Below, in pieces: positions 52,912 through 63,697 of a stretch of DNA of 64,000 bases. Every line of letters begins with the position of its first letter. Position 1 is the stretch's first letter. The stretch spans positions 288,001-352,000 of the forward strand of contig CBDFKD010000002.1 of assembly GCA_965248695.1 (NCBI GenBank), read 5' to 3'. Origin of the DNA: Acidobacteriota bacterium (lineage in GTDB: Bacteria; Acidobacteriota; UBA890; WLXD01). A program made the position numbers and the translations under genes. Under the pieces are notes generated by a model, which did no database searches, was not told the DNA's origin, and was given only the letters and a program-made list of their open reading frames with translations.

Positions 52912-54972
52912 ATGACGACCCGGCTGTCCACACGCTACGGACTGATCTGCGCCATGCTCACCGTTGGGCTTGCAGCGAGCGCGATACACCCCGGCAGCGC
53001 CATCGCGCAACGTCCGGTGCTCACCATCGACGACCAGTTCCTGCTCGAGCGCGTAGGCTCGCCGCGGATTAGCCCGGACGGCGTACGGATTGCCTACACC
53101 ATCGGCACCACCGACTACGACACCAACAGCTCCGAGACGCGGATCTGGGTTGTCGATCGCGATGGCGGTGCCCCGATCCCGATGACCGGCACCGGGAGCT
53201 CGGCCTCGAGCCCGCGATGGAGCCCCGACGGGCAGCGGCTGTCGTTCCTGTCCGCACGTGATGGAGGCAACACGCAGGTTTGGGCGCTCGATCTCACCAC
53301 CGGCGGCGAGGCGGTACAGCTCACCCAAATCGAAGACGGCGTGTCGGGATACGAATGGGCGCCGGACGGACGGCGGCTGGTGCTGACTATCAGAGACGCG
53401 GCCCCGGAGAAGAACCCGGCGGCCAAGACGAAGAGCGGTGCCGATATCCCCGAGCCGTGGGTCGTCGACCGATTGCAGTTCAAGCGCGACTACGTCGGCT
53501 ACCTGGACCGGCGTCGAGAGCATCTCTACACCTTCGATCTGGGTAGCAAGGCGACGGTCCAGATCACCTCCGGCGATCACGATGATTCACAGCCGGTGTG
53601 GTCCCCGGACGGCACCACGATCGCGTTCGTCAGCAACCGCACGGTCGACGCCGACGCCAACTTCAACACCAACATCTGGCTCGTCGACGCAGCCAACACC
53701 GACATGGGGGCGAGCCTGACGCAGGTCACCAGCAACCCGGGCTCCGACGGGTCCCCGGCGTTCAGCCCTGACGGCGCCCGCATCGCTCACATCACCGAGA
53801 CCGATATCGATCACTCACCCTACGACATCGCCAAAGTTGCCGTGATCGAACCGGGCGGGGAGGCGATGATCCTCACCGAGGGCCTCGACCGCGGCGCCCG
53901 TCGGCCGATGTTCAGCGCCGACGGTAGTTCCGTTTACTTCCAGGTCGACGACAGCGGTGAGCGCCACCTGGCCATGATCTCGGCGGCCGGCGGCGAGGTC
54001 GTGCGGGTCATCGACGGACCCCGCAGCGTCAACGCGGTGACGATCTCCGACGACGGCACCATCGTGGCGCTCATCAGCGAGCCCCACGAGCCTGGCAACC
54101 TCTACGTGCGCGAAAACGACGGCGGTCTGCGCAAACTGACACGTAACAACGACGAGCTGCTCACCGGAATCGACCTCGCCGATGTCGAGAATGTGCATTT
54201 CCCGAGCGCCGACGGCACCGAGATCGAAGGCTTCATCTTCAAGCCGCTGGATTTCCAGGAGGGCGTCCGCTACCCGACGATCCTGCGAATCCACGGCGGG
54301 CCGGTGTCGCAGTACACCTACGGCTGGAACTACGAGGCACAGCTGTTCGCCGCCAACGGCTATCTGGTGGTGACCACGAACCCGCGCGGATCATCGGGCT
54401 ACGGCAAAGCCTTTCAGATGGGGATCTGGCAGTCCTGGGGCGACAAAGACACCCAGGACGTGATCGCCGGAGTCGACCACGCGATCAAGCTCGGCTGGGC
54501 CGATCCGGACCGACTCGGAGTCGGGGGCTGGTCGTATGGCGGGATTCTGACCAACTACGTCATCACCCAGACGCAGCGATTCGGCGCCGCGATAGCCGGC
54601 GCGTCGGGAGCGCACTGGATCAGCAGCTACGGCCACGATCACTACCAGCGCTGGTATCGCCTCGAGTTCGGCGACCCCTGGGAACCCGACGCACGGGCAA
54701 TCTACGAGAAGCTGTCGTCGTACAACGACGTCGACAAGATCACCACGCCGACCATGTGGGTGGGTGGCAAGGAAGACTGGAACGTGCCGATCATCCACGC
54801 CGAGATGATGTACCAGGCGGTCAAGAGCCGCGGCCTGGACGCGCTCTTGGTCGTGTACCCGAACATGCACCACGGTATCAACCTCCCCTACTACCGTAAG
54901 GACCTGCACCAGCGTTACTTGGCCTGGTACGCGAAATACCTCAAGCCGGAGACGGCAGTAATGGACGAGTAG
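52912..54972 (+). CDS. S9 family peptidase (beta-propeller + alpha/beta hydrolase)
   Basis: WSPDG repeats, HGGP, GWSYGG. Confidence 0.92.
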   Translation: MTTRLSTRYGLICAMLTVGLAASAIHPGSAIAQRPVLTIDDQFLLERVGSPRISPDGVRIAYTIGTTDYDTNSSETRIWVVDRDGGAPIPMTGTGSSASSPRWSPDGQRLSFLSARDGGNTQVWALDLTTGGEAVQLTQIEDGVSGYEWAPDGRRLVLTIRDAAPEKNPAAKTKSGADIPEPWVVDRLQFKRDYVGYLDRRREHLYTFDLGSKATVQITSGDHDDSQPVWSPDGTTIAFVSNRTVDADANFNTNIWLVDAANTDMGASLTQVTSNPGSDGSPAFSPDGARIAHITETDIDHSPYDIAKVAVIEPGGEAMILTEGLDRGARRPMFSADGSSVYFQVDDSGERHLAMISAAGGEVVRVIDGPRSVNAVTISDDGTIVALISEPHEPGNLYVRENDGGLRKLTRNNDELLTGIDLADVENVHFPSADGTEIEGFIFKPLDFQEGVRYPTILRIHGGPVSQYTYGWNYEAQLFAANGYLVVTTNPRGSSGYGKAFQMGIWQSWGDKDTQDVIAGVDHAIKLGWADPDRLGVGGWSYGGILTNYVITQTQRFGAAIAGASGAHWISSYGHDHYQRWYRLEFGDPWEPDARAIYEKLSSYNDVDKITTPTMWVGGKEDWNVPIIHAEMMYQAVKSRGLDALLVVYPNMHHGINLPYYRKDLHQRYLAWYAKYLKPETAVMDE

Positions 54973-54990
54973 GAGGCGTAACGTCGCCTG

Positions 54991-56586
54991 CTAACGGAGC
55001 TGGTACTTCTTCAGCTTCCGGTACACGGTCGCACGACCGAGCCCGAGCTCAACGCCGACCTTGCTCACGTTGCCGCCGTTTCGATACATCGCATCAGCGA
55101 TCATGTCGCGCTCGATCTCCATCATCGTGCCGTACCCCGTCGGTCGCGAGCGGCTAGGGCGATCAATGTGCACGACCTTGGCGCCGCCTCTGCCTTCTTC
55201 CGCAGTCAAGTCGGCTGGTCGACCGAGCAGACGGGGTGGCAGGTCGGACGGACGGATGACCTTGCAGTCGTCGCTAGCGACGACCGCGCGCTGAATCGTG
55301 TTTTGCAGTTCCCGCACATTGCCCGGCCAGTCGTGTTGCGCCAGCACCGCCATCGCCGCCGCATCGATCCGCCAGCCGTCTTCCCCGTCCGGGGCGTATT
55401 GAGCGATGAATCGCTCCACCAGTAGCTCGATGTCGGAGCCGCGCTCGCGCAGCGACGGCAGTCGGAGCTCGAACACGGCGATGCGATAGAACAGATCCTC
55501 GCGGAAACTACCGACCTCCATCTCATGGGCGAGCTCCTTGTTAGTAGCCGCGATGATACGGAAGTCCGAAGAGATCGGTGTCTCACCTCCGAGACGATGA
55601 AACGATCGCTCCTGTAGCGCCCTCAGCATCTTGGCCTGCAGCGGAAGCGACAGCTCCGCCACCTCGTCCAGGAACAATGTGCCGCCGTCAGCGCACTCGA
55701 ACTTGCCGGCGTGGCGCCGGACCGCGCCCGTAAACGAACCCTTCTCATGGCCGAAGAGCTCTGACTCTTGAAGGGTTTCCGGGATCGCGGCGCAGTTAAC
55801 CGTCACCCACGGACCATCGCTCCGGGAGCTGCGGTGACACAGAGCCTGGGCGGCCAGTTCCTTGCCGGTGCCGCTCTCGCCGGTGATCAACACGCTCACA
55901 TCGCTCGATCCGATGCTATCGAGGTCGCGGAACAACGCTTGCATCGGCGGCGATTGACCGATGATCGCCGGATAGTCAGGGGAACGAGTCTTGCTCGCTG
56001 TTCGCGCCAGGCGCGCCCGCGCACGATGCCGGTCAACAGCACTCTCGACGACCGCCATCAGCTTCGCACGCTCCAGCGGCTTGATCACACACTCGTACGC
56101 CCCGAGCTCGATGGCAGCAAGAAGGCTCTCCACCGATGAATCGCTGGTCATCATCACGACCGGTACCGAACGATGGCGCCGCTTGATCTGCCTGAGCGCC
56201 TCCAGACTTCCCATACCCGGGACGGTGAAATCGAGGCAGATGACATCCGGCAGAACATCTCCGAGCGCCTGGATACACTTCTCAGGCTCCGAGAACACTC
56301 GCGAGGCGAAACCTGCCCTTTCGAGCCAATTGGAGGTGAGGTCGGTGACCTCGGCGGCAGCATCAACGACGAAGACCATCGGGCGTCGGGAGTCGCCGGC
56401 GATCGCATCCGCGCCCGCTCGCTCGCGCGTCCCCGGTGCCACTGCGCCTGGAAAGCGCCGGCCGATCCTTGCTGGCGCCGAGCTCATCGGACGGCTCGGG
56501 CCCGGTGCGGTAGCCTCATCTGGCGTCGAGACGTCCACCGTGTCTTTGACATATTCGCTGTCCTTGGGCTTTCTTTTAATGGTCAA
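54991..56586 (-). CDS. Sigma54-dependent response regulator (NtrC-like; start uncertain)
   Basis: Receiver domain, [22 protein letters not shown], Fis HTH. Confidence 0.9.
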   Translation of the reverse strand: MTIKRKPKDSEYVKDTVDVSTPDEATAPGPSRPMSSAPARIGRRFPGAVAPGTRERAGADAIAGDSRRPMVFVVDAAAEVTDLTSNWLERAGFASRVFSEPEKCIQALGDVLPDVICLDFTVPGMGSLEALRQIKRRHRSVPVVMMTSDSSVESLLAAIELGAYECVIKPLERAKLMAVVESAVDRHRARARLARTASKTRSPDYPAIIGQSPPMQALFRDLDSIGSSDVSVLITGESGTGKELAAQALCHRSSRSDGPWVTVNCAAIPETLQESELFGHEKGSFTGAVRRHAGKFECADGGTLFLDEVAELSLPLQAKMLRALQERSFHRLGGETPISSDFRIIAATNKELAHEMEVGSFREDLFYRIAVFELRLPSLRERGSDIELLVERFIAQYAPDGEDGWRIDAAAMAVLAQHDWPGNVRELQNTIQRAVVASDDCKVIRPSDLPPRLLGRPADLTAEEGRGGAKVVHIDRPSRSRPTGYGTMMEIERDMIADAMYRNGGNVSKVGVELGLGRATVYRKLKKYQLR

Positions 56587-56801
56587 TCGAGGTCATTACT
56601 ATGTATAACTAGGTATAACAGTTGATTACATACTTTCACAAGTATGAAATTAACTTCGAGGAGCTTTCCCGGTCTCGTCCCTAGTATTCAAAGGTATAGC
56701 TATTTCTGATGGGAATTACTTGCTTGTGCAATCATGTAGGTATCCTGTATAGCTAGTAGAGGACGCTCTTGGACACACCGGTCCTTGCGAGACATCGACT
56801 A

Positions 56802-57182
56802 ATGTTCAAAGACAAACTGGAGACATGCGGGCTCGCCGCCGCCGTGCCCATGCTGATCGGCGGCGCGTGGCTATGGTCCCAGCCCTTGGCTAGATTCGAT
56901 CAGTCAGTCAATACACTGCGGCGCCCGGCAGTAGAGCGCCCGGTCGGAGCAACGACCGAGTGCCGTTCGCGGGTCGCCAAGGCGTTGGACTCGCGCCGAG
57001 AGCTCGTCTTCGGCTCCGAGCTCGACTCCGTCACCGTGCGCCGTCACGGTGTGTATCAGGTCAGCGGCAACGCGCAAAGTGAAAGCTCGGCCGGCCACCG
57101 CGTCGCTCTGGACTACACTTGCACGTTCGATGCGCGCTCGTCCGATCCGGTCAAGGTCGAGATCGTCGAGCACTCCTTGTAG
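56802..57182 (+). CDS. Hypothetical membrane-anchored protein
   Basis: ORF with an N-terminal hydrophobic stretch; two Cys in the soluble part. Confidence 0.5.
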   Translation: MFKDKLETCGLAAAVPMLIGGAWLWSQPLARFDQSVNTLRRPAVERPVGATTECRSRVAKALDSRRELVFGSELDSVTVRRHGVYQVSGNAQSESSAGHRVALDYTCTFDARSSDPVKVEIVEHSL

Positions 57183-57535
57183 GCACCGCTGCTACTCGCT
57201 GGCCACATCCCGCGCCACTGGGATCGCCATCGACGGTATCGGCAACGCAAAAGATCTCCGCCTCAAATCTCGCCGGCCTCGTCGGTCATCGACATCGCCC
57301 CCGCAGTCGCTGTGTAGCGTAGCGACTCGCCGCCGACCGCTACCTTGTGCGGCGGCGCTACCGGGTCTGGCAACATCGGTCGCGGAGCCGTGTCCTCCTG
57401 CGCAGAAGCGGAGCCGCTGTTGATTCGCTGCGCGATCGTGGAGCGCGCTGCGGGCGTCGCCCTGCTGTCCGTTGTGGTCTACTTGCGCCACGATCCACTT
57501 GGCTATCCGACACGATCTCGCCGACGGAGAGCACG

Positions 57536-58075
57536 ATGACCCAGACGCCGAACCTCCTCTCCGACGGTAGTGAGCCGGCGACCTACGAGGACCTCTTGAG
57601 CCGCCTGACCAACCTCGGAATCGAGGTTCAGACAATCGAGCACGAGCCGGTCTTCACGGTCGAGGAGGCGCAGGCTCACCGCGGGAAGCTGCAGGGAGCC
57701 CACACTAAGAACCTCTTCCTGCGCGACAAGAAGAAGCGCATGTGGCTGGTGGTGTGCCGCGAGGATCGCAGCGTCGACCTCAAGAAGCTGCCGTCGGTGA
57801 TCGGCAGCGGGCGTCTGTCTTTCGGTAGCCCGCAGCGGTTGATGCAGAACCTAGGCGTGATCCCCGGGGCCGTGACGCCGTTCGCGGTGCTGAACGATCA
57901 CGAGCTGAACGTGCGGGTCGCTGTCGAGCGCAGCCTGCTCGACGAGGCGCCATGGAACTTCCATCCGCTCGACAACGCCAGGACGACGTCGATCCAACCG
58001 CAGGACATGCTCCGATTTCTCGAAGAACAGGAGCACGCCCCGCAGCTCGTCGACCTGGGTTCCGCCACCCGGTAG
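57536..58075 (+). CDS. YbaK/ProX prolyl-tRNA editing domain protein
   Basis: HEPVFTVEE, KNLFLRDKK, GAVTPF, FHPLDN. Confidence 0.88.
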   Translation: MTQTPNLLSDGSEPATYEDLLSRLTNLGIEVQTIEHEPVFTVEEAQAHRGKLQGAHTKNLFLRDKKKRMWLVVCREDRSVDLKKLPSVIGSGRLSFGSPQRLMQNLGVIPGAVTPFAVLNDHELNVRVAVERSLLDEAPWNFHPLDNARTTSIQPQDMLRFLEEQEHAPQLVDLGSATR

Positions 58076-58099
58076 CGCCGAGAGCGGCTGTCCGCTGCC

Positions 58100-58282
58100 T
58101 AGGAGGCCGTGGTGAAAGTGTGGTGGGTCTGGCGACAGGGTTTTGCGAGGCGCAGGCCAGAGAGAGGAGGAGGCGATGGTTGCCCCATCGTTGACGACAA
58201 ACGACGCAGCATCCGCGCGCAACCCCCAGTCGCCCGAAGGGTTGCGGCAACCAGACCCACCACACTTTCACCACGGCCTGCT
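58100..58282. mobile_element. MITE-like element, copy 2 (inverted relative to copy 1)
   Basis: Terminal IR AGGCCGTGGTGAAAGTGTGGTGGGTCTGG; shared internal sequence plus an extra hairpin. Confidence 0.8.
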
Positions 58283-58331
58283 GGACTGCGGCAGCCAACT
58301 CGGCTGAATGCGTACTTTCGGTTGCGGCGCG

Positions 58332-58991
58332 TTACTTCGGCTGTGGCACGACGCGGATGTACGGCAGGGGCTGCTGCCAGCCGTCGGGATACTTTTCCCG
58401 CGCCTGCTCGTCCGACACCGCCGGCGAGATGATCACGTCATCGCCCTGCTGCCAGTTGGCCGGCGTCGCCACCTGCTGGTAGGCGGTGAGCTGACACGAG
58501 TCGAGCAACCGCAGAATCTCCGCGAAGTTTCGCCCGGTGCTCATGGGATAGGTAAGCGTCGCCTTGATCGTCTTGTCCGGCCCGATGACGAACACTGAGC
58601 GCGCCGTCGCGTTGTCGGCGGGCGTACGGCCGTCAGAAGTATCCCCGGCACCGCCCGGCAGCATGTCGTAGGCCTTTACGACCTCCAGCCGGGGGTCGCC
58701 GATCAGCGGGTACGTCACGGCGTGGCCCTGCGAGGACTCGATGTCCTTCGACCAGGCCTCGTGATCGCTGACTCCGTCCACGCTGATACCGATGAGCTTG
58801 CAGTTGCGGGCGGCAAACTCGTCCTTCAGGCCGGCGGCGGCGCCAAGCTCGGTCGTGCAGACCGGTGTGAAGTCCTTCGGGTGCGAGAACATCACCACCC
58901 AGCTGTCGCCGATCCACTCGTGAAAGTTGATGCTCCCCTGCGTGGTCTCGGCCGTAAAGTCAGGGGCGACGTCGTTGATCCGTAGTGTCAT
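58332..58991 (-). CDS. 1-Cys peroxiredoxin (Prx6 type)
   Basis: FSHPKDFTPVCTTE, YPMSTGRNF. Confidence 0.92.
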   Translation of the reverse strand: MTLRINDVAPDFTAETTQGSINFHEWIGDSWVVMFSHPKDFTPVCTTELGAAAGLKDEFAARNCKLIGISVDGVSDHEAWSKDIESSQGHAVTYPLIGDPRLEVVKAYDMLPGGAGDTSDGRTPADNATARSVFVIGPDKTIKATLTYPMSTGRNFAEILRLLDSCQLTAYQQVATPANWQQGDDVIISPAVSDEQAREKYPDGWQQPLPYIRVVPQPK

Positions 58992-59063
58992 GTGTTTCCT
59001 CCTCGAGTTTTTGACCGCTGCGCATTTTAGACGCTGGGCCCTCCCAGGTCACGGCCGGACCGC

Positions 59064-59672
59064 CTAGAGCACCAGCGTGGCTAGCCCGGTGAGCACCAGA
59101 GCGGCTGCCCAGATCATGTCGAGGTTGATCCACGCCCGGCGCAGGAACAGCACCCCGAAATACTCGTAGACGATCACCGCCACCAGCCCGGTGACCAGCA
59201 GGTAGCCTGCGGTGTGTACCAGGGACGCCATGAGGCCGACGGCGAATCCCGCCGTCGCCGGCATGGGCGTGCCGGCATACACCCTTGTCTCCAACAACAG
59301 CGGCGCCACCATGAGTCCGGCACCGTGTGCGGACGCCATTAGGAAGGACCACACCGCCAGGTTCCAAAGCGACATCTTCATGCCGCCGTAGCGCGGATGT
59401 CGCGAGCGCACGAGCTTGTAGCCGCCGAAGCCGATGAGCAACGCGGCGACAACCAACTTCAATGCCGCACCGGGCAGCACGATGCCTAGCGCAGCCGCCA
59501 CCATCAACGCCACCGCTACCGCGACGGCGTGGCCGATGGCCAGTGGCAGGAGCGTCCGCCACACCGCACCGCGGCGCTGCTCCTGCATACCCAAAGCAAC
59601 GGCAAACAGCCAGCCCATCCCCGGATTGACACCGTGAAACGCACCGAGGGCGAACAGCGTCACCCAGAACAC
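59064..59672 (-). CDS. Membrane protein accompanying SBP56
   Basis: GAFHGVNPGMGWL, HGAGLM; several TM helices. Confidence 0.75.
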   Translation of the reverse strand: MFWVTLFALGAFHGVNPGMGWLFAVALGMQEQRRGAVWRTLLPLAIGHAVAVAVALMVAAALGIVLPGAALKLVVAALLIGFGGYKLVRSRHPRYGGMKMSLWNLAVWSFLMASAHGAGLMVAPLLLETRVYAGTPMPATAGFAVGLMASLVHTAGYLLVTGLVAVIVYEYFGVLFLRRAWINLDMIWAAALVLTGLATLVL

Positions 59673-59689
59673 GCCGCGGTCCTATCCGG

Positions 59690-61096
59690 CTAGCTGAAGC
59701 AGTAGGCGTCCGAAGAGGCGTCGCCTCCCTCTAGCCTCACCTGATGGACTCGCAAGCCGCCGGTCTCGATGAAGAAGTTCGGATCGAGCTCCATCCCACC
59801 CTCAGGGTTGGCATCGAGCTTTACCATCCACCCCTGCACACCGTCTGGATAGAACTGGTCGTCCCACGGCGAGTACAGCGAGTTGGTGAAGTAGACGCGC
59901 TTGCCGTCGCGGCTCACTTCGACCATCTGCGGTGCACCGTTGAGCGGCTGGTCCGGCTTTGCCGGATGCGCCGTCTTGTTGACGATGCCGCCCAGTTTGA
60001 TGTTGCCTGTCAGCTTGGGATTGTCGGGATCGCTGACGTCGTACTGGTGAAACTCCCCGATGCCCCAGCACGAGACGTAGAGGAACTTGTCGTCGACCGA
60101 CAGGTCAATGTCGGTGACCAGAGGCGGTACGGCCCCAAAGCCCTTGAGCAGCTCGGGGAGGTCATCCGGATCGGCCGGCTGTGCCGGGATGGTCACCACC
60201 TTCTTGACGCTCCAGGCGGCATCGCCATTCCCCTCGCCCTTGCGCCACAGCCAGATCGACGCCGAGAGATCCTCGAGCGACACCACCACGCCCACGAAGC
60301 CGTAGGCGTGAGCCGGATCGTGCGCCGGTCGCACCTCCAGCACCATTTGCTGCTCGGCGCCGAGGTCCAGGGCCTGAACGTGCGAGCGCGTCTTCAGGTC
60401 CCAAACATGCAGACCGTGACCGTACTTGCCGGCCAGCAGGAGCTCGGGGTTGAGCCCACTGGTCACCATGTTGGGCGTACCCCACTCGCTGGTGACGATC
60501 GCGTCCTGGCCGAGATGCCAGCCGAAATCGTAAGCAAGCTCCTGCGGGCCACGGTCGACCTCCCACTGACCACCGAGCTCGAAGGTCTCGTGATCCATGG
60601 TGAAGATTCCACCGGGGCCCTCACCATCAGCGTTACCGAGCGCGCTGACGTAGATACCGTCCGGGCCGCAATGCACCGTGTGCGGGGCAGCGTAGCCGGT
60701 CTTCTCAGCAAGCTCATCGGCCTCGATCACCTTGATGATCTTCGGGTCACGCGGATCCGGCTGCGTGTCGAGGATATAGATGCGCGAGGAGTGGATCCCA
60801 GGCACCACGAGGTAGCGCCGCCGGACGTGCGGATGTGGCGCGTACGGACTCAGGCAGGAGCTACAGGCATTCCATCCGAAGTGGTGCAGCTCGTCGCCCA
60901 CATGCGGCATTTCGACCTTGTTGATCAGCTTGCCGTAGTCCGGGGAGGCAGGATCTACATCGACGACGCCAATGGCATCGGGCTTGCCGTCGTCGTTGCA
61001 ATTCAGCATCGAGACATAGGCGATCCCCTCTGGATCAGCCTTCGCAGCATCCTTGGGCGACGGGTAGAAGCTGGGGTCGGGCGTGAGAGAAGCCAT
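59690..61096 (-). CDS. Selenium-binding protein SBP56 / methanethiol oxidase family
   Basis: GDELHHFGWNACSSC, PHTVHC, YDF, SEWG, NSLYSPWD.QFYP, GGDASSD. Confidence 0.9.
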   Translation of the reverse strand: MASLTPDPSFYPSPKDAAKADPEGIAYVSMLNCNDDGKPDAIGVVDVDPASPDYGKLINKVEMPHVGDELHHFGWNACSSCLSPYAPHPHVRRRYLVVPGIHSSRIYILDTQPDPRDPKIIKVIEADELAEKTGYAAPHTVHCGPDGIYVSALGNADGEGPGGIFTMDHETFELGGQWEVDRGPQELAYDFGWHLGQDAIVTSEWGTPNMVTSGLNPELLLAGKYGHGLHVWDLKTRSHVQALDLGAEQQMVLEVRPAHDPAHAYGFVGVVVSLEDLSASIWLWRKGEGNGDAAWSVKKVVTIPAQPADPDDLPELLKGFGAVPPLVTDIDLSVDDKFLYVSCWGIGEFHQYDVSDPDNPKLTGNIKLGGIVNKTAHPAKPDQPLNGAPQMVEVSRDGKRVYFTNSLYSPWDDQFYPDGVQGWMVKLDANPEGGMELDPNFFIETGGLRVHQVRLEGGDASSDAYCFS

Positions 61097-61231
61097 AGGT
61101 GCTGCCTCCTGCTTTTGCGGGTGGATCTCGTCTTGAATTCAGGGAGTCGCTTTTCGGCGGACCGACACTATCAGCTTCGCCGATCCTGTGAAACAGGGCC
61201 TGCTGCCGAGTCGAATGCCATCCGGCCAGGC

Positions 61232-63697
61232 TCACTGACCGATGCTGCCCTGAATCCGTGTGAGGGCGTCCTCGAGATGGATACGGCTCATCCGGTCATC
61301 GACACCGGCCGTGAGAGCCGCCTCGATCTCGCTGCGCAACAGCGTTAGCTGATCGCGTACTAGCGGACGGATATCGGACTGGGCGATGTGAAGATCGGCG
61401 TTTAAGGGTGGATCGTCGTTGCGTCCGACACGTAGGTTGCCAGAGCTCGGCGGCGTCCAGTGCTCGGACTCCGCTTCATGCAGCAGGAAGTGAGCCTGCT
61501 GGAGATAGGCGCGTTGTTGGTTGCGACGGAACGTATCGATCGAGCGCTCCTCTCCCAGCTCACGCCAGACGATTCGCCGCGCGTCGTCGAGCATTTCGGT
61601 TGGCCTGTAAGTATCGTCCCCCAGGAACGCCTCGTGCTCGATCATGCGAGCCAGCCGTGCGTGGTTCAGCAGTCGCTGAATGGCAAGCTCCTGGTAGGCG
61701 CGGATGCGCTCGACGACGCCGGCGTGTTCCAGACGTCGAAGCTGATTGAGGTCCAGCGCCCAGACCGGCGTCTGCAGCACGTACTGGTCCAGGAAATCCA
61801 TCGCCTTGCGCTGATACTCGGGCTCGACGGGTGTGTACACCCATCCCTCCTCCCCGAAGCGCTTGTGGTGCGTCCAGGAGCCACCGACCGCCGCCGCGGC
61901 ATGCTCAGCGTACCGATTCCACTGGGTGAGCAGCTGCAGGTGATGTGTTTCGAGCTCGTAGTAGTCATCACCTTCTTCGAGCACCCACTCCAACAGGCTC
62001 TCCGAGGCCCCCTGCAGGTTGCGCATCCCGTAGACCGCCGCTTGTACGGGGTCGTCCGAGATGCCCTCCGTCATCCGGTGCGGGTCCCACTCGATATCCA
62101 TACCGAACAACGCAGCGCCGAACCGATACCAGGGCTCGTCGGCGCGCTCGACGATCCACTGGTTGAGGGTAGCGAGCTCGCCCTCCGGGCTCGTTGCCCC
62201 CGGAATCGGTCGGTATCCCCACATCACCGCGAACTTGTCCCACACGCCGATGCGGCGCTCGGGAGGCACGCCGTCGCCCGCCTGCGCCACGTAGTTGAAG
62301 CGCGTGCGTCCGACCGATGAGGCCGAGTGACCGCGCTCGCGCACGAACGCGGGATCTCGAAGCGACTCGACGGGATAGACAAAGTTGGCCCGCTGGTTGT
62401 GCGGCAGCCCCACCGCGTGGGCGATCTCGTGAGACACCACATAACGGATTGCCTCGCCGAGATCCTCGGGCGAGAGCTCGTCGGTGCGAAACTGCGGGTT
62501 GGCAGACGCCACCTGCGAGATCAGCTGCCACCGCATGCGCTCCGCAAGCCCGTGGTAGATGTTCATGTGGGCTCGTATCGCCTCGCCGGAGCGCGGGTCC
62601 ACCACGTCCGCCCCGGCGTTCGCCGACCGGATCGGCGATGCGTTGTAGCGCACCACCGAGTAGCGCGCGTCGAGGAGCGAGAACTCCGGGTCTTCCGTCT
62701 CGGCCGGCGCCAAGCGTACCTGGATCACGTTCTTGAAGCCGGCGAGCTCGAACGCCTCGTTCCACTCCAGCAGTCCCGCGCGGATGTACGGCACGAGCTC
62801 CGGAGGCGTGGCCGGATCGATGTGCCACACCCACGGCTTCAACGGATCCACGAGCTCGCCGCGCTCGAAGGCCTCGGGGTCGGCGGGCTCGAGACGGTAT
62901 CGGATCAGATAGCGTTGACCTCGCACCCCCTGAAAGGACCGCGAGTAGTCGGTCACACCCATCGAGATGAGCCCGGTGCGCTCGTCGTACAGGCGCGGCA
63001 TCATCGGCTCTTCGGGCAAGAGCACCATCGAGTGGTTGACCTCGTACGACACCGTCTCGCCGCGAGAGTTGGAGGGCGCGTCGCTCGCCGAGTAGGTGTT
63101 CACGGCTCGCACTTCGACGTTGGTCGGGAAGGCCCGCGCCCATTCCAGCCAGCTGCGATCCGGGTAGTGGCTGCGAATCTCCAGCTGCTGTCGACGCGCG
63201 CGCGGTAGCGAGAATGGTGGCGTGTCGTCGAGGTACAGGTCGGTGACCTCGATAACCGAAGTCCCGTCGCCGCGCGCCTCGATGTCGAACGACGACAGTA
63301 CCGGCGGGAAATTGGAGTACTCCACGGCCATGGCAACCGCGGAGCCGTCCTCAGCGACGTTCTGGTGCGAGACGGCGCGCAAGAGGATGCGATCGCCCCG
63401 ACGCTCCCAGCGTACGACGATGTTGTTGCGCGCCAGGTTCGAGCCGCCCGTTGCCAGCCCCTGCTGCGCCGCGCCGAAGCGACTCATGACGATCATCTCG
63501 CGCCCGAGCATCGCGTCGGGAATCTCGAAGAGCAGGTCGTCTTCGAGCTGGTGAACACTGAACAGCCCGTGACTGCTGGTCGCCGAGGCCAACACCACGT
63601 CTTCGTAGTCGTCCATCTGGGCGTCGACCGGCGCGGCGAGCGCCAACTCGAGCGCCAGCGCCAGGAACAGGGTCGCGAACAGAGTGAATCGCCTCAT
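61232..63697 (-). CDS. Secreted zinc-dependent metalloprotease (DUF5117/DUF4953 type)
   Basis: HEIAHAVGLPHN, DPRSGE, WNEAFE. Confidence 0.85.
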   Translation of the reverse strand: MRRFTLFATLFLALALELALAAPVDAQMDDYEDVVLASATSSHGLFSVHQLEDDLLFEIPDAMLGREMIVMSRFGAAQQGLATGGSNLARNNIVVRWERRGDRILLRAVSHQNVAEDGSAVAMAVEYSNFPPVLSSFDIEARGDGTSVIEVTDLYLDDTPPFSLPRARRQQLEIRSHYPDRSWLEWARAFPTNVEVRAVNTYSASDAPSNSRGETVSYEVNHSMVLLPEEPMMPRLYDERTGLISMGVTDYSRSFQGVRGQRYLIRYRLEPADPEAFERGELVDPLKPWVWHIDPATPPELVPYIRAGLLEWNEAFELAGFKNVIQVRLAPAETEDPEFSLLDARYSVVRYNASPIRSANAGADVVDPRSGEAIRAHMNIYHGLAERMRWQLISQVASANPQFRTDELSPEDLGEAIRYVVSHEIAHAVGLPHNQRANFVYPVESLRDPAFVRERGHSASSVGRTRFNYVAQAGDGVPPERRIGVWDKFAVMWGYRPIPGATSPEGELATLNQWIVERADEPWYRFGAALFGMDIEWDPHRMTEGISDDPVQAAVYGMRNLQGASESLLEWVLEEGDDYYELETHHLQLLTQWNRYAEHAAAAVGGSWTHHKRFGEEGWVYTPVEPEYQRKAMDFLDQYVLQTPVWALDLNQLRRLEHAGVVERIRAYQELAIQRLLNHARLARMIEHEAFLGDDTYRPTEMLDDARRIVWRELGEERSIDTFRRNQQRAYLQQAHFLLHEAESEHWTPPSSGNLRVGRNDDPPLNADLHIAQSDIRPLVRDQLTLLRSEIEAALTAGVDDRMSRIHLEDALTRIQGSIGQ

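Noticed and set aside
56587-56800. Sigma54 promoter in the AT-rich intergenic region
   Set aside because: The best GG..GC candidate has 9-nt rather than 10-nt spacing
1-61096. Selenium-utilisation cluster (FDH + class V enzyme + SBP56)
   Set aside because: The genes are tens of kb apart, no sel genes or in-frame TGA are seen, and the FDH Sec/Cys site lies outside the window
59744-61348. Long antisense ORFs (this one, 1009-2148, 52456-53580 and others)
   Set aside because: High-GC shadow frames of well-supported genes
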